Shown: positions 38,653 through 52,100 of the stretch, one piece after another | Position numbering within the stretch: the stretch's first letter is position 1 | Layout of the letters: the number at the start of each line of letters is the position of its first letter | NCBI RefSeq assembly: GCF_023055435.1 | Contig: NW_025963835.1 | Coordinates: 2,046,001 to 2,110,000, forward strand | Direction of reading: 5' to 3' | Origin: Haliotis rufescens | Taxonomy: Eukaryota | Length of the DNA stretch: 64,000 bases | Position numbers and translations under genes: made by a program | Notes under the pieces: generated by a model | What the model was told of the DNA's origin: nothing | Seen by the model: the letters and a program-made list of their open reading frames with translations, nothing else | Database searches by the model: none

Positions 38653-40183
38653 ATGAGTCTGCATCCTCAAGTGCGGTCGAGACGACGGAAGATTCTCTCG
38701 CCCATTCTTGAAACGAACGAGGGCGAAATAATCCCAATCAGACTAACACCCACAGAAAAAGAACATTTACTTGGTAAGTGTTGAATATACTCCAAGAACG
38801 CATTGTCTTTTGCGTCGTCGTCATTAATTTAATTGGAATATCAGAAGAAAATCACTTGATGTGTGGTGAAGTTAATAATACACTGCATTAAAACAAACAT
38901 AAATAATCCATAAATATACACAGTCCAGCCTTCGGTCCCTCGGCCTTCATCAGGCACACTCTGTTGGTTTCCACTACACAGTGGAAGGTCCAAAACATGT
39001 AATTGATGAAGGTCGGGAGGCCGGAAGCATGACTGTACATATTTATGTATGTATTTGAATTCAGCGATGGGAATATATACAAAAGAAGATTTATCAATAA
39101 TCCAGTCAATGTAAAATCTAGTATATTGTAATCCAGATAAACTGTAAATGCGTTCAACCCAACAATGTCACAGTTGTCAACAATGTCAACAAGTTGGTCT
39201 CGAAATATATATATGTATATAATCTTTTCTTTTATGTTCGCAGTTCAGTATATGGACTTAAAGTCTCAAGTTGGAGATTTGGAGGAAAGGTAAACACTGT
39301 GAACTCTCATATACCTTTTAGCGTTATTATTTATTTTAAAAGAGATCTCCGAGTTTATATTTATCCTTGATAAAATATGAGTTACCACATCCTTATATCC
39401 ATCCAGGAACAATGGAAGATAATTATATCTATGTTTTAATGGTATTGATAACTAAGCATTGCTCAACTTTGATTGAATATACATGTATGTATCTTCTAAT
39501 CGTAAACATATTTCTTCTTCAGCCTCCTCGATCATCTCTTCAGTGAGAACAAGAAACTCCTAGAAGAGAATGAGCGACAGAGGCGAGAAGTGAGCCATGA
39601 GAGAGAGTTGCGGCTGAAGGCCGAGGCTGAAAGACAACAGTTCCGACTAGACTATTATAACTATAAACTCAGTTTCACAATGGAGCAGGCTGAGCTCCGG
39701 GAAGTGAAGAAAACACTGGAGGAGCTGGCGGGAATGTGGGAGACGGAGAAGAAGGCGGAGGAGGAACAGAGGAAGAAGCTGGAGGAAGAGCTGAAGCAGC
39801 TGAAGTCACACCATCAGCTTGCTGTGCATGAACTGGCTGCCCTCCAGCGCCACACTGCTCCTTTGACCTGTCAGACTCCCGGCAAGACACAGCCAAGTCT
39901 TCCCTCCGTGGCTCCTCCAGTTCAGCCGAAGAAAGCACACAGACCCTACACGGGACGATCTAAGAACAAAGGTCTAAACAATGCCTCATCTGTCAAGTCG
40001 GACCTTCTCGCCTCAGGGGACAACTTAATCAAGGTCAAGGTTATAACAACCCGGAACAACTTAAAGATCGCTTGTGGAGTTTTACCCAAAGACTCGCAAT
40101 TTCACAATGCTGCCAAGAAACCAATCCGATCAAGCAAGGGTGTTTCTATTGCAAAGCAAACGCAAGTTCGGAAGATGCGATAA
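38653..40183 (+). CDS. Coiled-coil orphan protein, copy 5 (275 aa)
   Basis: Exons 38653-38773, 39244-39289 and 39523-40183. Confidence 0.8.
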
Positions 40184-40529
40184 TGACTCATAATATTTAA
40201 GAAGTGATTTGTTATTATTTTGATTTCACAATGTTGTTAATTATTTGGTTTTTCGTTTTACAAGAATATAACATCGCAATTGTGGCAATACTTAAAAGAA
40301 CGTCTTGTGTTTTTTGTCAAGCGAGCTGCCAATTTACCATGGAAAACTGCAGTAAATAAACGGCTCCCTCCTTCGGCGCACCAATTTTTTATACACACAA
40401 AATTTTGTTAATGCAAGCATTTGGATGGAATACACCAGTGCAGAGGAAAAAGGTATATCGCGATTTTTTATATAATTTGCTTAGCGTGATGTTGGCCTAC
40501 TTATTCCAGTCTAGATGATACCTGGTGCA

Positions 40530-41212
40530 CAGGTGGCCCAATTAAGGCGCCGCACTTAGCTGTGCAGAGTTGCGTCCCTTGGGCATGACAGAATTAGTGG
40601 GTTCGACTCCCAGTTCGCCCCGATTATGATCTACACTTGTCAGGTTTCATCCCAGATTAATCTGGGTACACCGTGATATAACTGAAATACGGTCAAACAA
40701 CGTTTAAATCCAACTCACTCACTCACTCACTCACTCACTCACAACATCATACCCGTGCTCGTTGGTTTCACCAAAACAAAGCAGTACGTCGGACCTGCTT
40801 CACTTCTGGCTTTCCTACAATATCAATCTGACACACCGTGATATAACTGAAATACGGTCAATTAACGTTTAAATCCAACTCACTCACTCACTCACTCACA
40901 ACATCATACCCGTGGTCGTTGGTTTCACCAAAACAAAGCGGTACGTCGGACCTGCTTCACTTCCGGCTTTCCTACAATATCAATCTGACACACCGTGATA
41001 TAACTGAAATACGGTCAATTAACGTTTAAATCCAACTCACTCACTCACTCACTCACTCACAACATCATACCCGTGGTCGTTGGTTTCACCAAAACAAAGC
41101 GGTACGTCGGACCTGCTTCACTTCCGGCTTTCCTACAATATCAATCCGACACACCGTGATATATCTGATATCACTCTTACATAGCGGCGTTAAACTCATC
41201 TCGCCCACCCAC
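40530..41212 (+). repeat. SINE family C copy whose 3' half is tandemly triplicated (157-165-bp unit)
   Basis: Head GGCCCAATTAAGGCGCC...GGTTCGACTCCC. ACACCGTGAT recurs at 40668, 40833, 40990 and 41151. Confidence 0.85.
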
Positions 41213-42571
41213 TATAGAAAAGGGTTTGGTATTATGAATATTAAAGAAACAGTGTTCTACACCATTTGCCATACAAACCGTTTTCCAACAGGTTAAATAT
41301 GGTAGAGGCTGCGTTTACAGGCTTGGTCTACCAATTGTTTCAGTAGAACGTCCGACGGGGTTAAATTATCGGGCGGATTTTTTTCAATAATTGAAATACG
41401 GATCCACCGAACCTGACAATCGGAAATGTTTTCTTGGGGGGGGACTTTTTATATTAACGCCTAGCATGATAATCACACCTTTAAAAACTCCCAAATTGTG
41501 TTACTGTCTTACCCAGACTAAATATACCTGCTCAGTGACCCCATGAATGGCTCCTCTAAAACGAAGACGGTACTCCAAGCATACAATGCGGCTTTGTTCC
41601 AGTGTAAAGGCTAAAAACATTTCTATCACATTGCTCAAGAATGCCAAATTAAAAAAGGGAATTTGAAATATATTTTTCCCATCATACCGATAGATTATTT
41701 TACAAACCATTTTTAAGTATATACTCCGAAACGTTGTGTCCTCATAATAAAGAAGTTGACATTCACATATTCTCTTCCTCCCTTGAAACCAATTTTGTTT
41801 TGAGTGATTAGTGGAAGTTTGTTGCTTAACGTCTTACTCGGAAATTGATATTCCAGCTTTATGACGACAGTCTGTAAATTATTCGAATCTGGACCAGACA
41901 AACCAGTGATTGATATCATGGACACGCCGATCAACTCAATTGGGATACGATGCCATATGTATCAACCAAGTCAGTGATCCTTACAATCAACCCTATCCAT
42001 TTCTTCGCCTCCTATGACAAGACTAGGTTGCGTACCTGGAATTTTAAGAAACTGTATACGGGTCCCTCTTCAGCACGTACACTTATGTTCTAATCAAGTT
42101 TCGAAATATGTTCCTCTATAAAATAGCAATACTGTAGATAACAGGATCACAGTAACCTAATTATGATTTTTAGCTTCTTAGTATAAGTTAATAAGTCAAA
42201 AATGGTTGTCGGCATTTTGGATGACCATCCCCATTTCCATGTATATTTTCATTAGGACCCTCCCCGAAAAGACAAAATGCATGACACTTTATAGTGTATC
42301 ATCAAATGTCCATTTGGTCATGACCCTCTCAAAATAAGTGTACTGCTTTTTAGAACCTTCTCCTAGAGATTGTCAAAGTTCCCTCTGACCAACTTGTGTG
42401 GTGATCAAATTGTCCATACCCATGTGGTTGACAAACGGGGCGCAAGCACATGGGGAAACACAGCTAGTCCCTGACAGACTCCTAAATTAGAACCATAAAC
42501 ATATTCGTATTCCACTCTCACCCCCCTCTCAGTCCCAGGATGACTATATTCAGCTTATGGTTTCTTAATAC

Positions 42572-42964
42572 TAGGGCTGGGACGAGTCCAAATTGACTAC
42601 CCGGTACCCACCCCGCTATTACCCGACCCTACCTGGGTACCCGCTACAGGTCTCAAGAGTTTGGTGCAAATTGTCCGATAGGAAATAGTTTGAGCGTAGC
42701 CCGGGGTAAAATGTATTCAAATATATGTATAAAACGATCTGGTCATGCATACACTGAAGTTGACTGAAGTGTTATTTTTATTCAAACCTATAAAGGTCAG
42801 AAGCAATGGTGCTTAGTCAGAAAGAAATGCGAACATTAGTGACTTGTTCTGTAACCATATAGTTCTAAATATTAAACAATATATCACATGACTAACCACG
42901 GGTCTGGGTAGTCCTGTGGGTACCCGGGTCCTACTCAGTACCCGAGTTACCCGTCCCAGCCCGA
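42572..42964. mobile_element. hAT-like MITE
   Basis: TIRs TAGGGCTGGGACG / CGTCCCAGCCCGA, a perfect 8-bp TSD CTTAATAC (42564-42571, 42965-42972), and subterminal TACCCG repeats. Confidence 0.85.
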
Positions 42965-43087
42965 CTTAATACTCCTGAGTTCCTTCATGAAAATATGGTG
43001 TTGTGAACGCTCCACGCAACGCAATGTTTATTAGACTGTGCAGGGAGTTTGTTAAAGGGGGGTAACTGCAAAGCGAAGTTACATGGA

Positions 43088-43116
43088 ACTTCCTGTTTAT
43101 TGGCGCACTTTTCGAA
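43088..43116 (+). promoter_or_regulatory. ETS plus E2F/CDE-CHR cell-cycle promoter element of ERCC6L
   Basis: ACTTCCTG (43088), then TTGGCGC (43100-43106), a 4-nt spacer and TTCGAA (43111-43116), ~70 bp upstream of the putative ATG. Confidence 0.55.
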
Positions 43117-43186
43117 AGGCAGGATATCATCGACATGTGTATTTTGGTTTGATTTGACTGTCATTGAAGATACAGATTCAATCATT

Positions 43187-46100
43187 ATGGATTCTGATGT
43201 TGAAAATACGGAGAGGCAGTTTGATGGCATCACTATCAGTGATAAGAGACCATTCAAAGGTGTGCAACACTGGCAATATGTGGCGTCACTCTGGCAAAGT
43301 TTGGGTGGGGTTTGAAACATTGTAGGATTTCATTTTCTGTACATACTTTTGATATGTCTAAGAAAAAAATATTGTTGTGGTCCATATCAGTCATTCGATG
43401 GTATTTATCATGAAGCTGTAAAATCCCTATGAATTCAGATAACGATGATAACTTTATACGATATATCCAGCTAGGCTAGATATCAGGCCTCTAAAGACCG
43501 TGAACGGTGGAATTAGTTTCCCTGGGAAACCAACTGGCAGGCACACTGCCCCTGTCAGGACTTTCATCTGATAAGGTCTCTTACTGTCCAACAAATGACC
43601 ATGCCGATACTCTGCTATGTACCAGATGTTCAATAGTCAAAACAGGATTAGTCCCATTCGCTGTCTGGGCTGCGTGTAGAGGGGGCAAGGGCCCTGAGCT
43701 AATGATGAGCCTAACCAGCCTGACTGTGCCAGGATCACCAAAACCCTCTTTGCTGCGTTTTATATTTTAATCTGTACATAATAATTTTTTAAAAAATAAA
43801 ACAGGCTGATGAAATCATATTCATGTAAAGCATAATTATATACAATTGCTATTTAGTGTGAAGATCCTGGGTAGAATAGATCTTCAGCAACCCATCCTTG
43901 CTGTAAAAGGCGACTATATGCTTGTCATAAGAGACGACTAACGGGATCGAGGGGCCAGGCTCGCTGACTTGGTTGATGCATGTCATCGATCTCAGACTCA
44001 ATTATTTACAGACAGCTGTCATATAGCTGTAATAATGCTGAGTGTGGCGTTAAACAACCAACAAACATAATCTTACATGTTGAACATTACACAATCTCAT
44101 TAAACATGTTAAAATCAGATCTTAGTTCTCGCTATCGCAGTTTTTCCATACATGAAAGTTGATTTATTATCTCAAATTTCGAGTTATGACAGATGTGTAT
44201 TTATGTTTATGTATATTTATCACAACAGAAGTGGTATAAGTAGCAAATCTAGTGTGGAAGTAGTTATTTGCAATGACAAATGTATATTGTCGGAATCCTA
44301 GATGCCATTTTGAGACTGTTCATTATAATGCTGACATACCAATATTTATTAACTGGTACTATTGTATCCTTATTTCCACAGACGTCAAGCTGGAATAACA
44401 AACAATTTTAATTTATTGTAGAAGTAGTACTTTTTCTTTGAAGAATGTTCATTGTAGTTTTGCTGAATATTTCCAGCAACTTGCAAATATTTATATTTAT
44501 GTATGATTATTCCTGGAGGACATGCACATACTACTGTACAACCAACATTTATTGTGTAGAAATAAGTGTTTGCTTTCAGCAGTGGTAATTAATATTGCTG
44601 TTTTCATGCTGAATACCTTGGCACAATTGATCATTCGTATAAAAAACCCACCCTGAACAGCAAGCATAATACATTTTTCGTACTTGTTAAACTTTCCCCT
44701 GCTATCTATAATTATATAGAATTATGTGTAAATACATATTGTCTGTTGGTGATTGACTACATGATACTGACTCGGTGACATAGGGACATGTATATAGTGT
44801 ATAAAGTGTATTGTGAGTTTTTCCTTGTTTACCATACCAAAGAGGCAAGTAGACTAGAGAAACAGACTTTCACAAGTCTCTAAAGCAACTATCAATCTTT
44901 TAAATAATAATTTCTAGATTATATAAATAATGATATGTTGTCCTATAAAAGACTTGCATCCTCAGACTGACCGCTTATCTAGACTTGCCTATTATAAGGA
45001 CAGAACGACTTTACACCCATGGACTTATTCAATACAAGGAGCAAGGCTAACAGCAGACAGTGGGGAGATGCTTGAGATTGGGAGACAGGCAGCAGAAGCA
45101 AGCTCCCACTGTGAATAAACAAAGAGGTCATTCCAGCCATCATAGTCCCGTCGCTCTTATCAGTAGATTCCAAATCTCATGTCCGCCTGTCACTTACATT
45201 TTGATAAACTATTAGCAACCATTTTTTTATGCTCATGATATCAATCCCTGGATTGTCTGGTCCAGACTCCATAATTTACAGACCACTAGAATATTGCTGA
45301 GTGCACCGTTAAACAAAAAACGATGTAAATTAAACATGTTAAATGTTCTCCATCACATCCACAGAAGTTCAGAATTTGCGGCATGAATCCCCTACATCCA
45401 TTAAACCACCGAGGAAAGACAGCCACCCCTCGAGTTCCGATGGTGACCACCAGGTGGATGAGCAGGTCATGTTCAACAAACTGGTCACCAGGGCCAAGAA
45501 GCTGGCTTCTCACGGCCAGGTCGAGAGAGCCCTGGAGTTCAACAAGCGGGCCCTGAGGATTCACTACACAGAGAAGTTGGCAAAACGGATCAAGAAAATG
45601 GAGGTAGTGATTGGATTTATGTGGACCTGCTCATGGGCTATTTGGCACCATGTCTGCAGTTCATGTCAGTATAATTTCCAAATTTGGATTTCCCAAATGA
45701 TGAAAAGTAATAATGGTATCAGGCCTATTTCTCCTTTACCGTGACCCTCCCCTGATCCTATTCCCCCCAGGAAGCTGGCTTCTCATTCGTACAACATAAC
45801 ATGGTTTAATTAGAATAACAAATAAATTATCAGATGACAGATGACATTTGGGGGAGGGGGGGGACAGATGACATTTGGGGGAGGGGGGGGACAGATGACA
45901 TTGGGGTGGGGATAGACAGATGACATTGGGGTGGGGGGACAGATGACATTGGGGTGGGGGGAGACTGATGACATTGGGGTGGGGGGGAGACAGATGACAC
46001 GGGGGGGGAGACAGATAACATGGGGGTGGGGGGAGACAGATGACATTGGGGTGGGGGGACAGATGACATTGGGGTGGGGGGAGACTGATGACATTGGGGT

Positions 46101-49100
46101 GGGGGGGGAGACAGATGACATGGGGTGGGGGGAGACAGATGACATGGGGGTGGGGGGAGACAGATGACATGGGGGTGGGGGGAGACAGATGACATGGGGG
46201 TGGGGGGAGACAGATGACATGGGGGTGGGGGGAGACAGATGACATTGGGGTGGGGGGAGACAGATGACATTGGGGTGGGGGGAGACAGATGACATAGGGG
46301 TGGGGGGAGACAGATGACATTGGGGTGGGGGGAGACAGATGACATTGGGGTGGAGATAGACAGATGACATTGGTGTGGGGGGGAGACATATGACATAGGG
46401 GTTGGGGGAGACAGATGACATTTGGAGGGGGGGACAGATGACATTGGGGTGGGGATAGACAGATGACATTGGGGTGGGGGGAGACAGATGACATTGTGGT
46501 GGGGTGTGAGGCCTAGACTCAGTAATATCTAATGTCAGAGCTACAGTTAAGCTGCATATTTGCGTAAAATACCACCCCACCCCCCCACCCCCAAACTATT
46601 CAAAACCTAATTACCTTCAGTTAATTTGCGTACAGAAACACATGCATTAAATGAAAAACTCAATTGTTTGAAAACAGAACGTATAAATACCCATCCAAAG
46701 AAGCATTTTCAGCATGCGTACATGGGAGCTAATTTCCGAAACACAATTACGAGCTAATTTACTTTCCGAGTAAAGCCTATATTTAGAACTTTCTTCTTTC
46801 TTTTTTTAAATCTCAAAATGCTTACTCATTTTGGGAAAAACCCAAGATGCCCAATAGAGTGATGAATAGATGAGTTAAAAAATATTGGTTACCCAATGAA
46901 AAATGAAATAACACAATTAAAAAAAAACCTTCGAGTGAAAACTCAATTGCTCAAAATGTTATCTGGAGCTCTGAATGTTATGGCTTTGTAAGCTTGTATT
47001 TCACTGACAAATTACCGATTTTCTTCCAAATTGACTGCCAAGGACACTTAGTTTAATTCCCATGCATGTTGATTTCCAGGCCTACCTGACCCAGTATGGT
47101 GGGGGGAGCTCGGAGGAGGATGACGGCACCATGGAACATCTTGGCGAGGGTTTCTACCTGTACAGGGAGTTCTATGAGAGAATCTACATGCATCAGAAGG
47201 AAGGCCTGCTGTGGTTCTGGGACCTCTTCAGGAAGAAGAAGGGCGGCATTCTGGGAGATGACATGGGGTAAACAAATTCATATTCAAAACTTATGGGAGT
47301 GGGATTCTTGAGCCCCAAATAAATTATTATGGTTATTTTTTTCATATTATACATTTATATACTGCACTCATCTCTGCTCAAATTCAGTTTATATGTTTGT
47401 TCCCAGATCAGCAAGATCAGTGGATCTGTATGAATTCCATTTATTATTTTCAACTCCCTGGGGAGTATTCAATCCAAGCTGCCTAAAGACACCAGATGGA
47501 TTTTATGTCCACCTCCCTTATTGACATATTTGAACTAAGTCACTATGGTGACACCACAAGTTTTCACACTTGTGTTTTAGGTGCATTTACATGTACATGT
47601 TGCCACCATGGGGGTGAAGTGGGTTCTTTTGAGTTAACAATGTGAAAGCATAGCTCCAGATAACTTTTTGAGCAATTGAGTTATAACCCAAAGATTTCTA
47701 TTTTAATTGGGTTATTACATTTTTCATTGGGTAACCAATATTTTTTCACTCATCTATTCATCACTTTTAATTGTGTTTTTTCGCAAAATGAGTAAGCATT
47801 TTGAGATTTAAAAAAAAATTAAACAATCCTAAATATTGGCTTGACTCAGAAAGTAAATGAGCTCGTAATTGTGTTTCGGAAATTAGCTCAGTTGTACGCA
47901 TGCTGTTGTACGCAAAAAATTCATTGGGTATTTACGCGTTCTGTTTTCAAACAATTGAGTTTTCCATTTAATGCATGTGTTGGTGAACGCAAGGTTATAG
48001 AAAGTAATTGAGTTTTGAATAGTTTTGGGGGGTATTTTTACACAAATACACAGCTTATCTGTAGCTCAGTGAAAGTGTTGTATTACTTGTGTTTCAGGAA
48101 ACCCAGCCTAGTACGAGCACCTTATGGTGCCACTTTGGCAAATGTTTGGTAGCATAATTCTTTTATCAACATGTTCAATGTTTCTTCTTATTTTAGTTAT
48201 TTGTTTATGTTTTTGAAAGTTCGAGTTTTTTCTTGTTACTTCGATTATATATTTTCTATTCGGTTATTTTCTCGTTACTTCAAATATTATCTCATAATTT
48301 CTATTATTTTCTCATTATCTGATTATTTCAAGTTTATTTTAAAAAAACCTCAATATTTCAGAAAGTTTTCGCTGCTTTCGATTATTTTTCGTTAGAGTTT
48401 TTTCTCGTTATTTTGATTATTTTCTAGTAATTTCTGTTGCTTTCTCGTTACTTCAAGTTTATTTAAGAAACTAGAATTTTATGCTTATCCTGCATTACTC
48501 CTTATTGCATTCACTGCTTACCTTATGACAACAATTTGCTGCTGCGATGGTCTTTGGTGAAGAAATAAAGATGTTTCTATATTCCACTCCTGCTTTTTGT
48601 ATAGATCATCGCCGCTGGACATCTCTCAGCAGGGCTCTTCAAATTGGATATTTTTAGACCTTTCGTTTGGCTATTATTCTAAATTTATATACGATTGGTG
48701 ATGTATTCTTTTCATTTTACATCACTGATTTGTGTATTATTATGTGGGTGATTTTGGTGTGAAAAGACTGTCACGTGGCTCGTTGTTTTGAATTTGTTAC
48801 AATTGTTTACTTGCAAGGGTAGTGAAATTGTTCACAATTCTTAGCTACTTATATTTAACATATACATGTTTTTAAATACTAGAAGCTTTGGCGTTACATA
48901 GAGTTTGCATCTGAGTTCAAGCGCCTGCTCCTATGTCAACCTTGGTCTTCTAGCTCTCAGTTCAATGAACAGATCTCAGACACACACGGCTGTTAATTAC
49001 CTTTATGGCCCTTTCCAATGTTGGCCCTGGTTAGTCCTTCTCTCACTCAACACCACTGACAGTTCATGTCAAATCCCCGCCATCCATAAACACGCTGCTT

Positions 49101-52100
49101 CCTTTCCTTATTTTTCCCATCTCTACCTCAGCTTCCGCTCACGCATGCGTACACGTAGTCAAGTTCAGAGGTCACTTCCAGTACACTCGAATGTAAATAT
49201 ACTACACAATGTGGTTAGGACTGACATGTTATCACAGCAAAGTTTCCAACTTATGCCAGGGATGAGACCGCGCACAAGGTTCTAGAACACGACTCTCAAG
49301 TCTATCCCAGCTGGTTGGCAGGTTGGGCAATTTCAATCCAAGACTCTATTCTCTCAAGGAAGGTCAAGACCAGGATTCTTTTTGTGGAAGAGGACATGGC
49401 AGAGGTAAACCTCAGGGCTCTTATCACTCCCGCCATGTAAATACCTGGGGAAGTGATACGAGGGGTACATACACTGAAGTGTTGGACAGTCACGACTGGG
49501 AACTGCCCCTAGTCATCCCAATTGTTGACACCCCAGTGGGCGGGAGACTGAATCTGTTCTGGAAGAACTGGACCATTCTCAAGGATGACTTTGTACTCAA
49601 CATAATACGTCATGGCTACCGTTTCACACACAAGCATATCAGTTACTGCGTCAGAGGTTCAGGCAACCAAACATCGACCTGTTTGCAGCTTGCAAAACCA
49701 CCAACTTATGACGTATGTCTCCCTGTTACCGGATCAGCAGGCTTGGGCGGTGAATGCATTCAGCTTCCTTTAGGAAGGCCTAAAAGCGTAAGGTTTTCCA
49801 CCACCTGTTATACTTCCCAAGGTGATACAAAAGATCAAGGAGACAAGGAATCTTGCTCCGACTTTGGTCGCGCCCTGGTGGCCGACGAGAGGGCGGTTTG
49901 TCGAGCTCAGAAGAAGATCCACTCCCCCTCCCACAGTGGTCCAACCTACTCATCCGCCCTCACAACAAACTGCCTCACCCTCAAGGTTTACGAGGGCCCC
50001 CCCTTTGAGCCCCTCGACGCATCCTTTTTTCATGACCTCACCAAGAAAACAATATTTCTCGTGGCATTAGCCATGGCAACATGGGTGAGCAAGCTACATG
50101 CTGGTCGACATCACCCTGGTCCTATATGGGCATGGTACGCACGGAGCGTATCGGGTTGTGCTTGGTTTATATAGCACCCAATCGTTCATTCACTATCACA
50201 CCAATATCAATGATTGTGGGTGCTGAAGATAAGGGTGAACTGCACTTGTGCCCAGTACGAGCACTTCGAGGTTTCATCCGCCATTCCAAAACTAGACGTG
50301 GTTTGAGGAAACGGTTATTCATACCCGTATCTCCTACGTCCACGACAGAAGTTAGACGCAACACCATATGGTTACGCGCAGTCATCCTTCAGGCTTATGA
50401 GATCACCAAACGTGATCCTCCGAGAGCAAATAATCCTCCCGAGATCAGGGTGTTATCCTCTACCATGGCGTTACATAGTAACTGTTCTACTAAATCGATC
50501 ATGGAAAGATGTTTTTGGAGGTCCAACACAGTTTTCGCCAGTCATTGTCTTCATGATGGGGCTCTTGAAGCAGTCGAGGGCATGCAAAGTTTTGGTCCTC
50601 TGGTAGTAGCCCAGCAGGTAACCAACCCTTGACGCAAATAATGAACTCGTCCTATACGGAGCCAGTCTACTTCCCGCACAAGTCACTGAGACACAGCCAG
50701 TGGAAGAAATTAAGCTTTTTTATCAGGCTTTGGCCCGGTGACATAGTGGGTAAAGATTTTTATCTGTGAAGCTAGTATTCTTTATTACCAAATATGTTTA
50801 GGGTCTTACCCTTTAATTCCTATAATCCTTTTGTATTAACCCTACCGTTATGATGTTTTTCTGAGCTTTTTCCGCCTCACGTATTATTGACAAACATGTG
50901 TTGTTGTTTTGGGGTGTGAATTATTGAGTTTTTTTACTTCTGAAGGTTACCCACCTCCAAACTGTCATTATTACAGATGCATTAAGGAGTAATGCAGGAT
51001 AAGAAAAAATTTAGTGAAATTTAAATAATTTTTACATTTGTATACTTATCCTGCATTACTAAGTTTAAGGACACATCTGTCGCAGACTTGCCTTCCCACT
51101 TTGGATTCAAGTTTGTTTTTAAGCTTGGGCGACAGGCAGTGATGTAAGGAAGGTGACATGTCATTAAGGTCACATGACAGCATGATGGTCCATGCAAAAA
51201 GCAGGAGTAGAATGTGAAACACCTTTATTTCTTCACTCAAGACCATCACCGAGCGCTGTCTTTTTGTTGTCGTAAGTTAAGCAGTGAATGCATTAAGGGG
51301 TTGTGCAGGATATGTATACAAATGTAAAAAATATTTAGATTTTACTAAAATTTCGAGTTTTTTCTTGATGCTTCGATTATTGTAGAAAAAGAACTCGAAA
51401 TTTCAAGTTAATAATTGAAATAACAAGTAATTTTTATTTGAAAAAATTAAAGTTATGCTACCAAAGTGGCACCATTAGGCTTTCGTAGCCACGCTGTTGT
51501 TCACTTGCACCCAAATGTTTTTTAAAAAAGCTGGAAACCCATCCTTAACATTTGGAGAAAAATCAGATGTTTTACATATCATTGTTATCTACAAATTTGA
51601 GAAACCTTTCAGCCTATGTGAGTTTTTACATCTTACAAACTATTTGAGTGAATCATTATTAAAAACATTATTAACATGGTTAAAGCGTCTCCACGTCATG
51701 CCAAGAGCCCGGGTTTGATTCCCCACATGGGTACAATGTGGAAAGCCTGCTTTCTGGTGATGCTCTCTGGCCTTGATATAGCTTGACTGTTAAAAGTGGT
51801 GTAAAACATACTCACTCACTTGGTTGGTTGCATGTCATCCCACCCCAAAGGCGTGGATCATTGCTCACAATAATAACTACTGAATTGTCTGGCCCAGACT
51901 TGATAATCTACAGGCTGCTGTCATATACTGTAGCCATGATAGCTGGAATATTGCTGAGTGCGGCACACAATACAGATGAACACTTGAACGACAAAAAACA
52001 AATTATAAAGATTTAGGGTAAGCCCCCCATTAAACCACACATTTTTTAAGCCTTAACACTAAAAAGAACCATTCATGAAGATTCGGGTTGGGACTATGCT

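Larger units (their letters stand above)
20460..40460 (+). repeat. Tandem segmental array of five ~3.55-kb gene-containing units, interrupted by a ~3.7-kb insertion
   Basis: ATGs at 20916, 24455, 28050, 35087 and 38653. Introns and intergenic DNA are alignable between units. Confidence 0.95.

Noticed and set aside
45736-46580. Pro/Cys-rich extensin-like ORFs
   Set aside because: Antisense translation of the G-rich minisatellite.
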